NCBI GenBank assembly: GCA_963762145.1
Contig: CAVXJS010000021.1
Location: 1,152,001-1,216,000, forward strand
Direction: 5' to 3'
Source: an uncultured Candidatus Rokubacteria bacterium
GTDB taxonomy: Bacteria > Methylomirabilota > Methylomirabilia > Rokubacteriales > CSP1-6
Length of the DNA: 64,000 nt
Under the pieces are notes generated by a model that saw only the letters and a list, made by a program, of their open reading frames with translations, had not been told where the DNA came from and did no database searches. The position numbers were made by a program, and so were the translations under genes. This document shows positions 43,584 to 54,580 of this stretch, in pieces; positions within the stretch are counted from its first letter, which is position 1; the number at the start of each line of letters is the position of its first letter.

Positions 43584-45162
43584 TCACAGGTCGTTGCCCG
43601 AGTACGACTGGTTGAACGACTTGTTGCAGAGCGGGAAGTCCGGGACGATGTTCTTGAGCAGCGCGTACGACAGCGGCCGCCAGTTCAGAAACGACGGGTC
43701 CATGATCTTGACGCGGTCGAGCCGGCCCGTCGCGTCCGCCATCACCCAGTGCACGATACCGCCCCGCCAGCCCTCGACCATCCCGAACGCCGGCTGGAAG
43801 GCTGGGAGCGGGCCGAGGGGGCCGCGAGCGCGCCCGCGGGCAGCCGCGTCACCGCCTCACGGATGAGTCGCACCGATTCCCTCGCCTCCTCCAGCCGGAC
43901 CATGGTGCGCGCCTTGACGTCGCCCGACTCGAATACGGGCACCCGCACCTCCAGCTCGCCGTAGGCGGCGAAGGGATGATCGCGGCGGACGTCGACGTCG
44001 ATGCCCGAGGCTCGGGCGACGAAGCCGAGGACGCCGTGGTCCCGGGCGGTGCGGGTGGTCAGCCGACCGGTGCCCTCAAGCCGATCCATGACGAGCGTGT
44101 TCTCGAGCGCAAGGCCGACGATCTCGTCGAGGTCGCGGCGCGCGGCCTCGAGCTCCCCGGGCAGATCCAGGTCAGCCGGCAGGTCGTGTCCGACGCCGCC
44201 GGGGACGATCGCGCCGCGCAGCAGCCGGTTGCCGGTGAGGCGCCGGTTCAGTCGCAGCAGGCGCTCGCGAATACGGAAGCAGTGCGAATGCGCCACGGCA
44301 TAGCCGGTGTCGTTGGCGATCATGCCGAGGTCACCCACGTGGTTGTAGAGCCGCTCCATCTCCAGCAGGATCACCCGCAGCCACCGCGCGCGAGCCGGGA
44401 CCTCGGTGCCGGCCGCGGCTTCCAGCGCCTGGCAGAAGGCGAGCGAGTGGCCGACGGTGGTGTCGCCGGAGACCCGCTCGGCCAGCTCGACCCCGCCGCC
44501 GGCCTCTCGGCCCTCGAAAAGCTTCTCGGTGCCCTTGTGCGTGAAGTACAGCCGCGACTTCATGTCGATGATCGTCTCGCCGACCACGCTGAAGCGGAAG
44601 TGTCCCGGCTCGATCACGCCCGCGTGCACCGGGCCCACCGGAATCTCGTAGACGCCCTCGCCACCCACCTCCGTGAAGGGAAACGCGCGACCGTCGTCCT
44701 CGAAATCTCGCGGGGTCGCGTCCTTGCGCAGGGGGAAGTAGTCGGTCGGCCAGAAACCGTGGCGGACGAGCGGGCCGGGGATCGGGGTGGCCCTCGGCCA
44801 CGATGCCGAACAGATCGTAGATCTCCCGCTCGAAGCGCGAGGCCGGATAGTGCAGGGTGGCCAGCGATACGATCGCAGGCGCATCGGCGGGTACCGGGAC
44901 GGTGACGTGGACGAACCAGTGCTCTCTCTCGGGCGCGAACAGGTAGTGGACCTCGAACGTCCCACGGTCGGTCCGGCGATCGGCGGCGGACCATGAACAC
45001 CAGCTCGGCGCCGAACTCGCCGCGAAGCAGCCGCGCCAGCGCGGGCATCGCGGCCGGGCGCACCGAGCAGTGCAGCTCGTGTCCCCGGACGCGCCGCACG
45101 TCGGCGACCCCATCGGCGCACCCCTCGGCGAGCCGCCGCGTGAGCTGGTCCAGGCGACTCAT
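43584..45162 (-). CDS. Ehr/HyfG-like large subunit (NuoC+D) lacking Ni-binding Cys; three frameshifts
   Basis: EREIYDLFG, GPVHAG.IEPGHFRF, ERVSGD (no CxxC), VEGWRG, NKSFN.SYSG.DL; shifts near 44990, 44775, 43820. Confidence 0.85.
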
Positions 45163-46616
45163 CGCTCGACGATCTCCACGATCTGGCGGAGCAGGGTCTC
45201 GAGCGGCGCCGGGAGCGTGAGCCCGAGGACGACGAGGGCAGTCGCGCAGAGGCCGAGCGGGATCAGGGGCCAGAGGCGCTCCTCTCCGATCCGCACCCCC
45301 TCGGTGGGAGCCCCGTAGAGCATCCGGTTCAGGTGGCCGATCATCGAGACGAACGCCACCGCGAGAAGGGCCAGGATCAGGCCGACGAGCCACGGCCGGC
45401 CCACGGAGAAACCCGCCCGGAAGAGCGCGAACTCCGAGACGAAGAGGCCGAACGGCGGCAGTCCGACGACGGCGAGAATTCCGGCGGCGAACAGGCCGCC
45501 CGTCCACGGCATGACCTTGAGCAGGCCCGAGACCCGGGCAATCTCGGTGGTGCCGTAGCGCTGGAGCACACGGCCGGCGAGGAAGAACATCATCGACTTC
45601 GCCAGCGTGTGGTTCAGCAGGTGCAGCATCGCGGCGAAGGTGCCGAGCGGGCCGAGCGCCAGCCCGACGCAGATCAGGCCGGTGTGCTCGATGCTCGAGT
45701 ACGCGAGCATGCGCTTGTAGTTTCGCTGGATCACGAGGCTGAACGCGGCGATCGCGACGGACAGCACCCCGAGCGTGATGTAGAGGCCGTCGGTGAATCC
45801 CGTTCCCACCGTCGCGTTCACCACCGCCTCCCACCGCACCACGGCGTAGAGCGCGACCGCCAGCAGGACGCCCGACATCATGGCGGACAGGGGCGCCGGC
45901 GCTTCCGAGTGGGCGTCCGGCAGCCACGTGTGCATGGGGGCGAGGCCAGCCTTCGTGCCGTAGCCGATGAGGATGAAGACGAAGGCGAGCTTCATCACTT
46001 CCGGGTGCAGGTGGGCCGCCGAGGCCCGCAGCACCGTCCAGTGCAGGGCGGCATCCTGACGGCCCGCCATGTTGACGAAGTCGAAATAGCCGAGCACGGT
46101 GCCACCGAAGGCCAGCGCGATCCCGATCGACCCGATCAGGATGTACTTCCACGAGGCCTCCACGGAGGCCTTGGTCACGTGCAGAGGTATGAGCATGGCC
46201 GAGGTAATCGTGGTCGCCTCGATCGCGATCCACATGAATCCGACGTTGTTGGCGGTCACCGCGAACAGCATGGTGAACGTGAAAAGGCTGCTGAAGATCC
46301 GGAATCGCCGGGCCTGGGCGGGGTCGTAGCCGTCGTCCCCGCCCAGCCCGGGCCCGAGCCATGCGGCCAGTGCCCCCACCACGCTCACGCACAGCGCGAG
46401 CAGCGTCGAGAGCGCGTCGGCCCGCAGGAATTCCCCGGGCCCCGAGGTCGGCACGTCGCCGGCCAGGAGGCAGCTCCAGAGGACGAGTGCCGCCCCGAGG
46501 GAGGACAGCGACAGCAGCGCGCCCGCCCAGCCGACCAGAGGCCGGTAGGGCACCACCACCGTCGCCAGCACCGCGGCGAGGAGGGGTGGGCCGAGCAGCA
46601 GCGCGAATAGGCTCAC
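45159..46616 (-). CDS. hyfF: Hydrogenase-4 subunit F-like antiporter subunit
   Basis: EA.WKY, GYGTKAGLAPMHTWLPDAHSEAP, KRMLAYSS.EH. Confidence 0.9.
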   Translation of the reverse strand: MSLFALLLGPPLLAAVLATVVVPYRPLVGWAGALLSLSSLGAALVLWSCLLAGDVPTSGPGEFLRADALSTLLALCVSVVGALAAWLGPGLGGDDGYDPAQARRFRIFSSLFTFTMLFAVTANNVGFMWIAIEATTITSAMLIPLHVTKASVEASWKYILIGSIGIALAFGGTVLGYFDFVNMAGRQDAALHWTVLRASAAHLHPEVMKLAFVFILIGYGTKAGLAPMHTWLPDAHSEAPAPLSAMMSGVLLAVALYAVVRWEAVVNATVGTGFTDGLYITLGVLSVAIAAFSLVIQRNYKRMLAYSSIEHTGLICVGLALGPLGTFAAMLHLLNHTLAKSMMFFLAGRVLQRYGTTEIARVSGLLKVMPWTGGLFAAGILAVVGLPPFGLFVSEFALFRAGFSVGRPWLVGLILALLAVAFVSMIGHLNRMLYGAPTEGVRIGEERLWPLIPLGLCATALVVLGLTLPAPLETLLRQIVEIVER

Positions 46617-46622
46617 GATTCC

Positions 46623-47279
46623 TCAGTAGCGCAGGCGGTTGAGCTGCTCGACGTCGATGCTCTCGAACGTCTCGTGGATCCGGTAGACGAAGATCTGCAT
46701 GACGAGGAATCCCATCAGGACGTCGAGGGCGACCCCGAGCTCGACGATTAGCGGGATCCCGTAGGTTCCGAGCACCGCCAGCAGGGCGAGCCCGTTCTCC
46801 AGCATGAGGAAGCCGATGACCTGGGTCAGCGCCTTCTTGCGGCTGATCACCACGAACAGGCTCACGAGGACCAGGCCCATCGCCAGCGGCATGCCCGCCC
46901 GGGTCGGCAACTGGCTGAGCGCCACGAGCGGCCGCGTGACCATGTAACCGAACAGCACCAGGAGACCGGACACCACCAACGACGACGCGGTGTTCACGTA
47001 CGGCTCCAGCTCCCGCTCGACCGCGAAACGGCGTTCCATCCGCCGCAGGAGCCGCGGGATCACCAGCCCCTTCAGCAGGAAGAGTGCGCCCGCGACCCAG
47101 TACAGCTCGGGGTCGTTCCCGAAGTAGGCCACAATTACCATCACCGCCGAGAGCGCCATGGACTGGGCAGCGAAGGCGCCGATGTAGGCGGAGATGCCGC
47201 GGCGCCAGAGCAGGATAAGCCCGAAGAGCAGCACCAGGCTCGAGCCGAGTACGGACAGCTGGGAGAAGAGGCTGTCCAT
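46623..47279 (-). CDS. hyfE: Hydrogenase-4 subunit E-like membrane protein
   Basis: K...IP.LL, Q.IG...LENG, ELG..LD. Confidence 0.88.
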   Translation of the reverse strand: MDSLFSQLSVLGSSLVLLFGLILLWRRGISAYIGAFAAQSMALSAVMVIVAYFGNDPELYWVAGALFLLKGLVIPRLLRRMERRFAVERELEPYVNTASSLVVSGLLVLFGYMVTRPLVALSQLPTRAGMPLAMGLVLVSLFVVISRKKALTQVIGFLMLENGLALLAVLGTYGIPLIVELGVALDVLMGFLVMQIFVYRIHETFESIDVEQLNRLRY

Positions 47280-47282
47280 GGG

Positions 47283-48224
47283 CTATTTCAGGAGGAACGA
47301 CGAGGTGACCGCGAGCAACGCGAGGACAAAGGACACGCTGAGCAGCTCGGGCACCCGGAAGAGGCGCAGCTTCGCGATCCGCGTCTCGAGCACCGCGACC
47401 ACCGCGGCCAGGACCACGAGCTTGACGAGCAGACTCGCCACCGCGACCGCGAGGGTGGTCGGCGTCAGGACCGCAGACACCCCCCACGGAATGAAGAGGT
47501 TGCCGAGCAACGCGAAGAAGATGAAGAGCTTGAGCGCCGCCGCCCACTCGATGAGGGCCAGGTAACGCCCGGAGTACTCGAGCACCATCGCCTCGTGGAT
47601 CATGGTGAGCTCGAGGTGCGTGGCCGGGTTGTCGATCGGCAGGCGCCCGGTCTCGGCGAGGGTGACGATGAAGAGAGCCCCGAACGCGAGGAGGTGGCCG
47701 GGGCTGAGGAAGGCGCCGGGGTCCGACATGGTGCGCGCGACGATCTGGCCCAGATTGGTGGAGCCGGCGGCCAGGGCCAGGGCGAAGATCGCGAGCGCCA
47801 CCGTCGGCTCCGCGAGCGCGGCCACCGTCATCTCACGACTGGCTCCCATGCCGCCGAACGGCGAGCCGGGGTCGAGGCCGGCCAGCGAGAGGAAGAACGT
47901 GCCCAGTAGAAGGAGGTAGACGACCACCAGCAGGTCCCCCACCCCGTCGAAGGGCAGCGGCACCGCGAGGATCGGCACAAGAAACGTAACCGCCATCGTG
48001 CTCCCGAACACGATGAACGGCGCCGCGCGGAACAGCCAGGACGCGTTGCTCGAGACCACGACCTCCTTCTGGAAGAGCTTGGCCAGTTCCCAGTAGGGCT
48101 GCCACACCGGGGCGCCCCGGCGGTTCTGCAGGCGCGCCTTCAGCCACCGGATCAGCCCGGCCAGGCCGGGCGCCAGCGCGAGCGCCAGGGTCGCCTGGGC
48201 CGCCTCGAGCACGTAGCCCATCAT
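47283..48224 (-). CDS. hyfC: Complex I subunit 1-like (HyfC/HycD)
   Basis: KARLQ.RRG, FGGMGASRE, ETGR.P.DNP.THLELTMIHEAM.LEYSG. Confidence 0.92.
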   Translation of the reverse strand: MMGYVLEAAQATLALALAPGLAGLIRWLKARLQNRRGAPVWQPYWELAKLFQKEVVVSSNASWLFRAAPFIVFGSTMAVTFLVPILAVPLPFDGVGDLLVVVYLLLLGTFFLSLAGLDPGSPFGGMGASREMTVAALAEPTVALAIFALALAAGSTNLGQIVARTMSDPGAFLSPGHLLAFGALFIVTLAETGRLPIDNPATHLELTMIHEAMVLEYSGRYLALIEWAAALKLFIFFALLGNLFIPWGVSAVLTPTTLAVAVASLLVKLVVLAAVVAVLETRIAKLRLFRVPELLSVSFVLALLAVTSSFLLK

Positions 48225-50252
48225 CCGGGTCGCACCATGAGCAGGGTCAGCAAGCCCAGGAGCGCAATCACCAGGTACGTGAGGTAGGCGTGGGCCGAGC
48301 CCGACTGCAGCGCGCGGGCCCAGATAGCCCACCGCCGCACCCGCGTGACGAGCGGCGCGTACAAGTAGCGCTCGAACCACGGCACGATATCGCTGCGGTA
48401 CTCGATGGACTGAACGAAGTACCTCGACTCCGGGTGGAAGTCGATCGAGAGGTCCTCGGTGGGCCGGTATAGCTCGGCGAACACGCGGCGTAGCGGCTCG
48501 GCGAACGCGGTCGACGTGTACTCCATGCGCGGCGTCTGTACCACGCGTCCGCAGCCCCACGTGGCGCTCACCCGGACCGGCCAGCGAGACGCGAAGAGCC
48601 GAACCGTCAGCCACGCACCGCCGGTGGTCAGGATCAGGCCGAGGGCCACCAGCGTCGGCGATATCTGGGCGAACCCGCCCGGCATCGAGAGAGAGCCCGG
48701 AGCCGAACCCCGCGACCGGGACCGGCAGGCGCGCCGAGCCGGCGAGCGCGGCCATCAGCGCCGGCATGACGACGACCGAGGCCAACCCGAAGGCCGCGCA
48801 GGCGACGGCGAGCATCCCCATGCCGACGCGCATCGACACGGGCGCCTCGTGCGCGCACTCGGCCGCCGGCGAGCGCGGGATCGCGAGGAACGTGATCCCG
48901 AAGGCCTTGACGAATCCCGCGGCGGCCAGCCCGGCGGTCAGCGCGAGCACGCTGACGGCCAGCGTCATGAGCGGGGCGACCATGGGCGCCCGGCTCCCGA
49001 TGCCGGGGAGCAGCGACTGGAAAAGGAGCCACTCGCTGACGAAGCCGTTCAGAGGAGGCAGCCCGGCGATGGCCAGGGCTCCCACCAGGAAGAAGGCCGC
49101 CGTCCAGGGCAGGCCGCGGATGAGGCCGCCGAGCCGGTTCATGTCGCGGGTGCGCGTGGCGTGGAGGACGGACCCCGCACCGAGGAACAGCAGCGCCTTG
49201 AAGGCGGCGTGGTTCAGGACATGATAGAGCGCAGCCGCGAAGGCGACGAGGGCCGCCGCGGTGGCGTCGAGGCCCAGGAAGAGGAAGCCGGCGCCGAGGC
49301 CAATGAAGACGAGCCCGATGTTCTCCACGCTCGAGTAGGCGAGCAGGCGCTTGAGATCGTTCTCCATGAGCGCGTAGAGCACGCCGATCACCGCCGAGAG
49401 GGCGCCCAGGCCGATCAGGAGCGCCCCCCACCAGGCGGGCCCCCCGCCCAGCAGGTCCAGGCCGATGCGCAGGAGCCCGTACACGCCGAGCTTGATCATC
49501 ACGCCCGACATCAGCGCCGAGACGTGGCTCGGCGCCGCCGGATGCGCGCGCGGCAGCCAGACGTGGAGCGGCACGATACCTGCCTTGGAGCCGAAACCGA
49601 GGAGGGCCAGCAGGAACACCGTGTTCCGCATGGCCGGGGTGAGGCTCGCCGCGGCCATGCGCAGGTCACCGAAGGCCGTGGTCGCCGCGCCCACCGCCAG
49701 GATGAGGAACCCAGCGAGCGCGAACGCCAGCCCGACGTGCGTCATGGCCAGGTACCAGCCGGCGGCCGCGATGGTGTCCGGCTCATCGGCCTCCGTCAGG
49801 ACGAGGAAGTAGGAAGTCAGCGACATGCCCTCCCACATGAGGAGGAAGGTGACGATGTTGTCGGCGCACGGGACCAGGCTCATCGTCAGGAGAAACATGT
49901 TCAGCATGGCGCCGAGAAGCCGTTGCGAGTATCGGCCTTCGTACGCCCCGGTGTACGCGAACCCGTAGACGCCGCAGGGAACGGCGAGCAGGCCGACGAG
50001 GCCGAGGAAGAAGGCCCCCAGCGCGTCGAGGCGGAACGCGAGGCCATCGGCGATCGACAGGAGCGTCGGCACCTCGAGCGCGAAGGCCGGTCCCCCGAGC
50101 AGGACCTGGAGGGCGAAAGCGAGCCCGGCGGCGCCGCCCGCGACCATCCCGAACGCGGCGATGCCGCGCACTGCGCGGCCGCCCGGCATCAGGAGGGCGC
50201 CGACAGCCCCCACCCCGTAGCCGCCCAGCATGAGGCCGAACTCGAGCGTCAC
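48221..50252 (-). CDS. hyfB: Hydrogenase-4 subunit B-like (frameshift near 48690)
   Basis: KAG.VPLHVWLP.AHPAAPSHVSALMSG, KRLLAYSS.EN, PPLNGF.SEW; tail WGCG...MEYT in ORF 48221-48685. Confidence 0.9.
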
Positions 50253-50758
50253 CGGCGGCGCCCGATGACCGCGAGGATGCCCTGGAGGATGGCCGTCGGA
50301 TCGGGCGGACATCCGTCCACGAATGCATCCACCGGAATGATCTGATCGACGCTGCCCGCCACGGCGTAGCTGCCCTTGAAGACCCCGCAGGTCCGCGCGC
50401 AGTCACCTACCGCCACCACGAGCTTCGGCGCGGGGGTCGCCTCGTAGGTCTTCACCAGGGGCACCGCCATGTTGCGCGTCACCGGCCCGGTCACGAGCAG
50501 CAGATCCGCGTGGCGGGGGGACGCGACGAAATGCACGCCGAAGCGCTCGCTGTCGTACACCGGGCCCATGAGCCCGCTGATCTCGAGCTCGCAGCCGTTG
50601 CACGAGCCCGCGTCCACCTCGCGAATCGCGAGGGCCCGGCCGAACAGTCGACGCGCTCGCGCGTCAACCTCGTGCAGCAGGCGCAGGACGTCGTCCCCGC
50701 CGGGCGCCAGCGGCTCCGTGGCGAGGCCGACCTGCAGGATCTTGGAAAGGAGGCGCAC
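50249..50758 (-). CDS. NuoB/HyfI-like Fe-S small subunit
   Basis: GSCNGCELE, SPRHAD.L.VTG, GDCA, GCPP. Confidence 0.92.
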   Translation of the reverse strand: MRLLSKILQVGLATEPLAPGGDDVLRLLHEVDARARRLFGRALAIREVDAGSCNGCELEISGLMGPVYDSERFGVHFVASPRHADLLLVTGPVTRNMAVPLVKTYEATPAPKLVVAVGDCARTCGVFKGSYAVAGSVDQIIPVDAFVDGCPPDPTAILQGILAVIGRRR

Positions 50759-50759
50759 G

Positions 50760-51113
50760 TCAGCGGCGTCGGGACTCACGGCGCAGCTGCTGGAGCATCG
50801 TCTGCGTGCCGATGAGGTGGTTGTCGAAGATGCGACGAGCCACGTCCAGCAGATCCCGCAGGGTGGTGTCGCGCACGGCGTAGCGCACCGCGGTGCCCTC
50901 CTTGCGGGCCTCGACGACATTCTTGGCCCGCAGGACCGCGAGCTGCTGGGAGACGGTGGGCTGGTCGACGCCGAGCGCCTCCTGGAGCTCGTTCACGCTC
51001 CGCTCGCCCCGCACGAGGATCTCCAGGATGCGGATGCGGACCGGGTGGGCGAGGGCCTTGAAGAACTCCGCCTTGAAAACCTGGAGCTGCCCGGCCTGTG
51101 TCGTCCGACTCAC
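50760..51113 (-). CDS. ArsR/SmtB regulator, Rv0081-like
   Basis: KAEFFKALAHP.RIRILE.L, VSQQLAVLR; AT-rich operator-like tract at 51117-51145. Confidence 0.9.
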   Translation of the reverse strand: MSRTTQAGQLQVFKAEFFKALAHPVRIRILEILVRGERSVNELQEALGVDQPTVSQQLAVLRAKNVVEARKEGTAVRYAVRDTTLRDLLDVARRIFDNHLIGTQTMLQQLRRESRRR

Positions 51114-51220
51114 TCAAACATATATATAGCAATATATAAGAAATGTCGATCTGGCATTCAAGGCGAGATCCTGAGGGCGAATGAGCGTGCCCCAGCCGCT
51201 GCCTTGTCGCCGGTGGGGAC

Positions 51221-51773
51221 CTAGAAGAGCTTAAGCAGCAACAACTGCGTCCTCCACTGATCGAACTTCCGGCCGACCTCCGTCAGCCGCGCCGCTTCGA
51301 CGTAGCCGAACCGTTCGAACAGCGCGATGCTCGGCGTGTTCTCGCTGTCGATGCTTGCGACGACCGCGTGCACCCCGCGCGCCCGCGCCGCGTCGTCGAG
51401 AACCGCCAGGTGACGTCCGATGCCGCGGCGATGCGCCGCGCGCACGACGTACACGCTCGCTTCCAGCGTGAACCGGTAGCCGCTCGCCGACCGGTACGGA
51501 GACAGTGACGCCCAGGCAAGGACCTCGGTCGAGTCGCCCGGATCGGGTCGCGACCACCACGGGCAAGCCGGCCGACCGGTGCATTTGCAGCCACGAGCGG
51601 CGGTCATCGAGCGAGAGCGGGGTCTCGGCGTAAACGAACGGCGACTCCGCAATCTCCAGGTTGAAGATCCCGGCGATGGTGGGCAAATCACGCTCGTCGG
51701 CGTCGCGAATGACGATGGACGCCGAGCCTGCCTCCTCGCCTCTCGGAGTCCTTCCGGTCGGATCGTGACCCAT
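51221..51773 (-). CDS. GNAT acetyltransferase, YncA/Pat-like (frameshift near 51545)
   Basis: IRDA...DL..I..I.N, Y..T.E.SVYV, N..SI.L.E.FG, EVG.KF..W. Confidence 0.8.
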
Positions 51774-51869
51774 CTGTGAGCGATTCGAGAGTGTGCCGGG
51801 TCGGGGCCAAGTGTCAAGGACACAGACCTTGGGCCCCGCTCAACGTTTCCAGAGATGTAAAAGTAATAT

Positions 51870-51903
51870 TTGACAGCCGATCCATACTTTGATAAGTATC
51901 GAA
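51870..51903 (+). promoter_or_regulatory. sigma70-like promoter with ArsR-type operator
   Basis: TTGACA at 51870; dyad TTTGAT-AAGT-ATCGAA. Confidence 0.55.
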
Positions 51904-51938
51904 CCATAATGGAACCAAAAGGCGAGGAGAATAGGTTG

Positions 51939-53324
51939 ATGAGCCAGAACGCTGGGGAGCTTCCGATCGTGGTCATCGGCGCCGGACCGACTGGGTTGAC
52001 GGCGGCGGCACATCTTGCCGCCAAGGGCCAGCGCTTCGTCGTCCTGGAAGCCGGCTCGGGGGTGGGCGCCCACGTCGATCAGTGGGGTCACGTCCAGGTC
52101 TTCTCGCCCTGGCGCTTCAATGTGGACCCGGTGGCGCGGGGGCTGCTGCTTCGCGCCGGATGGACCGAGCCCGATGGCGACACGCTGCCGACCGGCGCCG
52201 AGATCGTGGCCGGCTACCTCCAGCCGCTGGCCAAGCTTCCGGAGCTCGAGCCTGCCCTGCGCTTCGGATCCCGGGTGGTCGCGATCGCCCGGTCCGGACA
52301 CGACAAGATGAAGACGACCGGGCGTGAGCAGGCTCCGTTCGAGGTGCGGGTCCGGACTGCGGCCGGCGAAGAGAGCCTCCTGGCTCGGGCGGTCATCGAT
52401 GCGTCGGGCACGTACGGGGTGCCGAATCCCCTGGGCGCGAACGGCCTCCCGGCGATCGGCGAAGGTGACTGCCGCGACCGGGTCTTCTACGGCATCCCGG
52501 ATGTGCTAGGTGCCCATCGCGATCGCTACGCTGGCCGATCCGTGGTGGTAGTCGGGAGCGGGCACTCGGCCTTCAATGCGCTGCTGGACCTGGCCCAGCT
52601 GGCGGCAACGGAGCCGGGCACGACCGTCACATGGGCGGTGAGACGAGTTGAAGTCGCCGCCGCGTACGGCGGTGGGGCATCCGATGCGTTGCCGGCTCGG
52701 GGCAATCTGGGCGACCGCCTACGGGCGCTGGTCGACGGCCGACGCATCAGGCTGGAGACCGGCTTCCGGACCCACGCGCTGGACCAGAACGGTTCCAAGA
52801 TCATGCTTCGTGCCGCGGATGAGCGAGAGATCGGGCCCTTCGACGAGGTCATCGCGGTCACCGGCTTCCGGCCGGACCTGACCATGCTCGGGGAGCTTCG
52901 GCTGGACCTCGACCCGGCCGTCGAGAGCCCTCGGGCCCTGGCGCCGCTGATCGATCCGAACATCCATAGCTGCGGGACCGTGCCTCCCCACGGCGCCGAG
53001 GAGCTGCGTCAGCCGGAGCCGGGGTTCTACATCGTGGGGATGAAGAGCTATGGGCGGGCGCCGACGTTCCTGATGCTCACCGGCTACGAGCAGGTCCGAT
53101 CGGTGGTCGCGGAGCTGACGGGCGATCGGGAAGGGGCCCGGCGTGTTGAGTTGACGCTGCCGGCCACCGGCGTGTGCTCGGCCACGCCCGGTGCGGGCGA
53201 AAGCGCGTGCGGCGCAGACGAGGCAGCGGCGAGTTGCGGGACCGCGGCAGTGGAGACTCAAGCCGGGTGTTGTGGCGCCACGACGACGCCCGTCCTGCTC
53301 GGCGGGCTGGGTCGGAAAGCGTGA
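51939..53324 (+). CDS. ars-associated FAD-dependent oxidoreductase
   Basis: GAGPTG, FSPW, DASGT, GSGHSA, HSCGTV, GMKSYGRAPTFL..TGYEQVRS; Cys-rich tail. Confidence 0.85.
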   Translation: MSQNAGELPIVVIGAGPTGLTAAAHLAAKGQRFVVLEAGSGVGAHVDQWGHVQVFSPWRFNVDPVARGLLLRAGWTEPDGDTLPTGAEIVAGYLQPLAKLPELEPALRFGSRVVAIARSGHDKMKTTGREQAPFEVRVRTAAGEESLLARAVIDASGTYGVPNPLGANGLPAIGEGDCRDRVFYGIPDVLGAHRDRYAGRSVVVVGSGHSAFNALLDLAQLAATEPGTTVTWAVRRVEVAAAYGGGASDALPARGNLGDRLRALVDGRRIRLETGFRTHALDQNGSKIMLRAADEREIGPFDEVIAVTGFRPDLTMLGELRLDLDPAVESPRALAPLIDPNIHSCGTVPPHGAEELRQPEPGFYIVGMKSYGRAPTFLMLTGYEQVRSVVAELTGDREGARRVELTLPATGVCSATPGAGESACGADEAAASCGTAAVETQAGCCGATTTPVLLGGLGRKA

Positions 53325-53331
53325 GACGCCG

Positions 53332-53640
53332 ATGAAAACAATAGCGAGACTTCCCCTGACCCAGCTCCGGGCGAGCGAGGAACACGTCGAAGCGTTCAAG
53401 GCCCTCGCTCACCTGACGCGGCTCCAGGTGTTCTTCTGCCTCGTGCACGCGGGCAAGGAGCTGTCGGTCGGGGAGATCCAGGCCGAGGTCGAAATACCTG
53501 GGCCGACCCTCTCACACCATCTGGACCTGCTCCGGCGGGCCGGGCTCGTCGAGAGCCGTAAGGAAGAGCGGTACATCTACTATTCCGTGAAGCGGGAGGC
53601 GGTGACGACACTCGTTCGTCTGCTCACCGCTTGCTGCTAG
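53332..53640 (+). CDS. arsR: ArsR regulator with C-terminal CC
   Basis: FKALAH.TRL, TLSHHL..L..AGL, ends TACC. Confidence 0.88.
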   Translation: MKTIARLPLTQLRASEEHVEAFKALAHLTRLQVFFCLVHAGKELSVGEIQAEVEIPGPTLSHHLDLLRRAGLVESRKEERYIYYSVKREAVTTLVRLLTACC

Positions 53641-53652
53641 GGAGGTCATCTC

Positions 53653-54096
53653 ATGGGCGCGAAGGTTCATCTCCATCTACACGTGTCGGACCTGGCGAAG
53701 AGCCGGGCGTTCTACGAGCAGTTTCTCGGGGCGGAGCCGGTCAAGGTGAAGGACGGTTACGTGAAATTCCTCCCCGACTGGGCCCCGGTGAATCTGGCGC
53801 TCTCGAGCGGCGGGGCGACGGCCGTGGGCACGATCGACCACGTCGGCGTTCAGGTCGACGCGGTGAGCACCGTGATGGCCGAGCTGGCGCGCGTCAAGGC
53901 GGCGGGTCTGCCGGTTCAGGAGGAGATGGGCGTGGACTGCTGTCACGCCAACCAGGACAAGTTCTGGGTCAAGGATCCCGACGGCGTCGAGTGGGAGGTC
54001 TACCATCTCAACTACGACCTGGAGGGAACCGAGGCGCGGACGGTGAAGAGCACGGGGCTTCCGATGGCCAAGAGCGGGTCTTGCTGCTCGTCCTGA
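53653..54096 (+). CDS. ArsI/CadI-family VOC enzyme (C-As lyase-like)
   Basis: H.HL.V.DL, GY.KF, DH.G, CCHA.QDK.WV.DPDG..WE. Confidence 0.85.
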   Translation: MGAKVHLHLHVSDLAKSRAFYEQFLGAEPVKVKDGYVKFLPDWAPVNLALSSGGATAVGTIDHVGVQVDAVSTVMAELARVKAAGLPVQEEMGVDCCHANQDKFWVKDPDGVEWEVYHLNYDLEGTEARTVKSTGLPMAKSGSCCSS

Positions 54097-54208
54097 GCGA
54101 ACTGACCCGGCAGTGACGCGGTAGGCGCCGCCGCTCGTATGTTGCGCTGACGTTACGAGCGGCGGCGCTGTCTTGACTTGCCGACATCCAACGGTGGATA
54201 GTCTCGGA

Positions 54209-54532
54209 GTGGCTCTCGGGACCGGTAGGAATGTGGAGCAAACGCTCGGGCTCTTCCGCGCCCTTGCCGATGAGACCCGCCTGAAGGTGATCGAGCGCCT
54301 GCGCGAAGGCGAGCAGTGCGTGTGCGACCTCACCGACGTGCTCGGGGCAAGCCAGTCCCGGATGTCGTTTCACCTCAAGGTCCTGAAGGACGCCGGCCTC
54401 GTCACCGATCGGAAGGACGGACGCTGGGTGTACTACGCGCTGAACACCGAGGCGCTCGCGCTCGTGGGGCGCGCGCTCGAGGATCTGAAGCCGGCGCCGA
54501 ACTCGTTCCGCGTGATCCGACGCTGTGATTGA
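54209..54532 (+). CDS. arsR: ArsR regulator with ELCVCD-type site
   Basis: F.AL.D.TRL, EQCVCDL, S.HL..LK.AGLV; upstream TTGACT and dyad ATCCA-ACGG-TGGAT. Confidence 0.9.
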   Translation: MALGTGRNVEQTLGLFRALADETRLKVIERLREGEQCVCDLTDVLGASQSRMSFHLKVLKDAGLVTDRKDGRWVYYALNTEALALVGRALEDLKPAPNSFRVIRRCD

Positions 54533-54549
54533 TTTTTTTTGCCCGAAGG

Positions 54550-54567
54550 CATCAACCGCGATTGATG
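54550..54567. promoter_or_regulatory. ArsR operator-like dyad
   Basis: CATCAA-CCGCGA-TTGATG. Confidence 0.6.
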
Positions 54568-54580
54568 GAAGGAGGTTCGA

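Noticed and set aside
47283-50312. 1009-aa HyfB-HyfC fusion
   Set aside because: Frameshift near 48690; the HyfB tail is in ORF 48221-48685
43584-50758. True [NiFe] hydrogenase-4/formate hydrogenlyase
   Set aside because: No Ni-ligating CxxC motifs, no hyp maturases; the AIR-synthase-like gene is not in a hyp context
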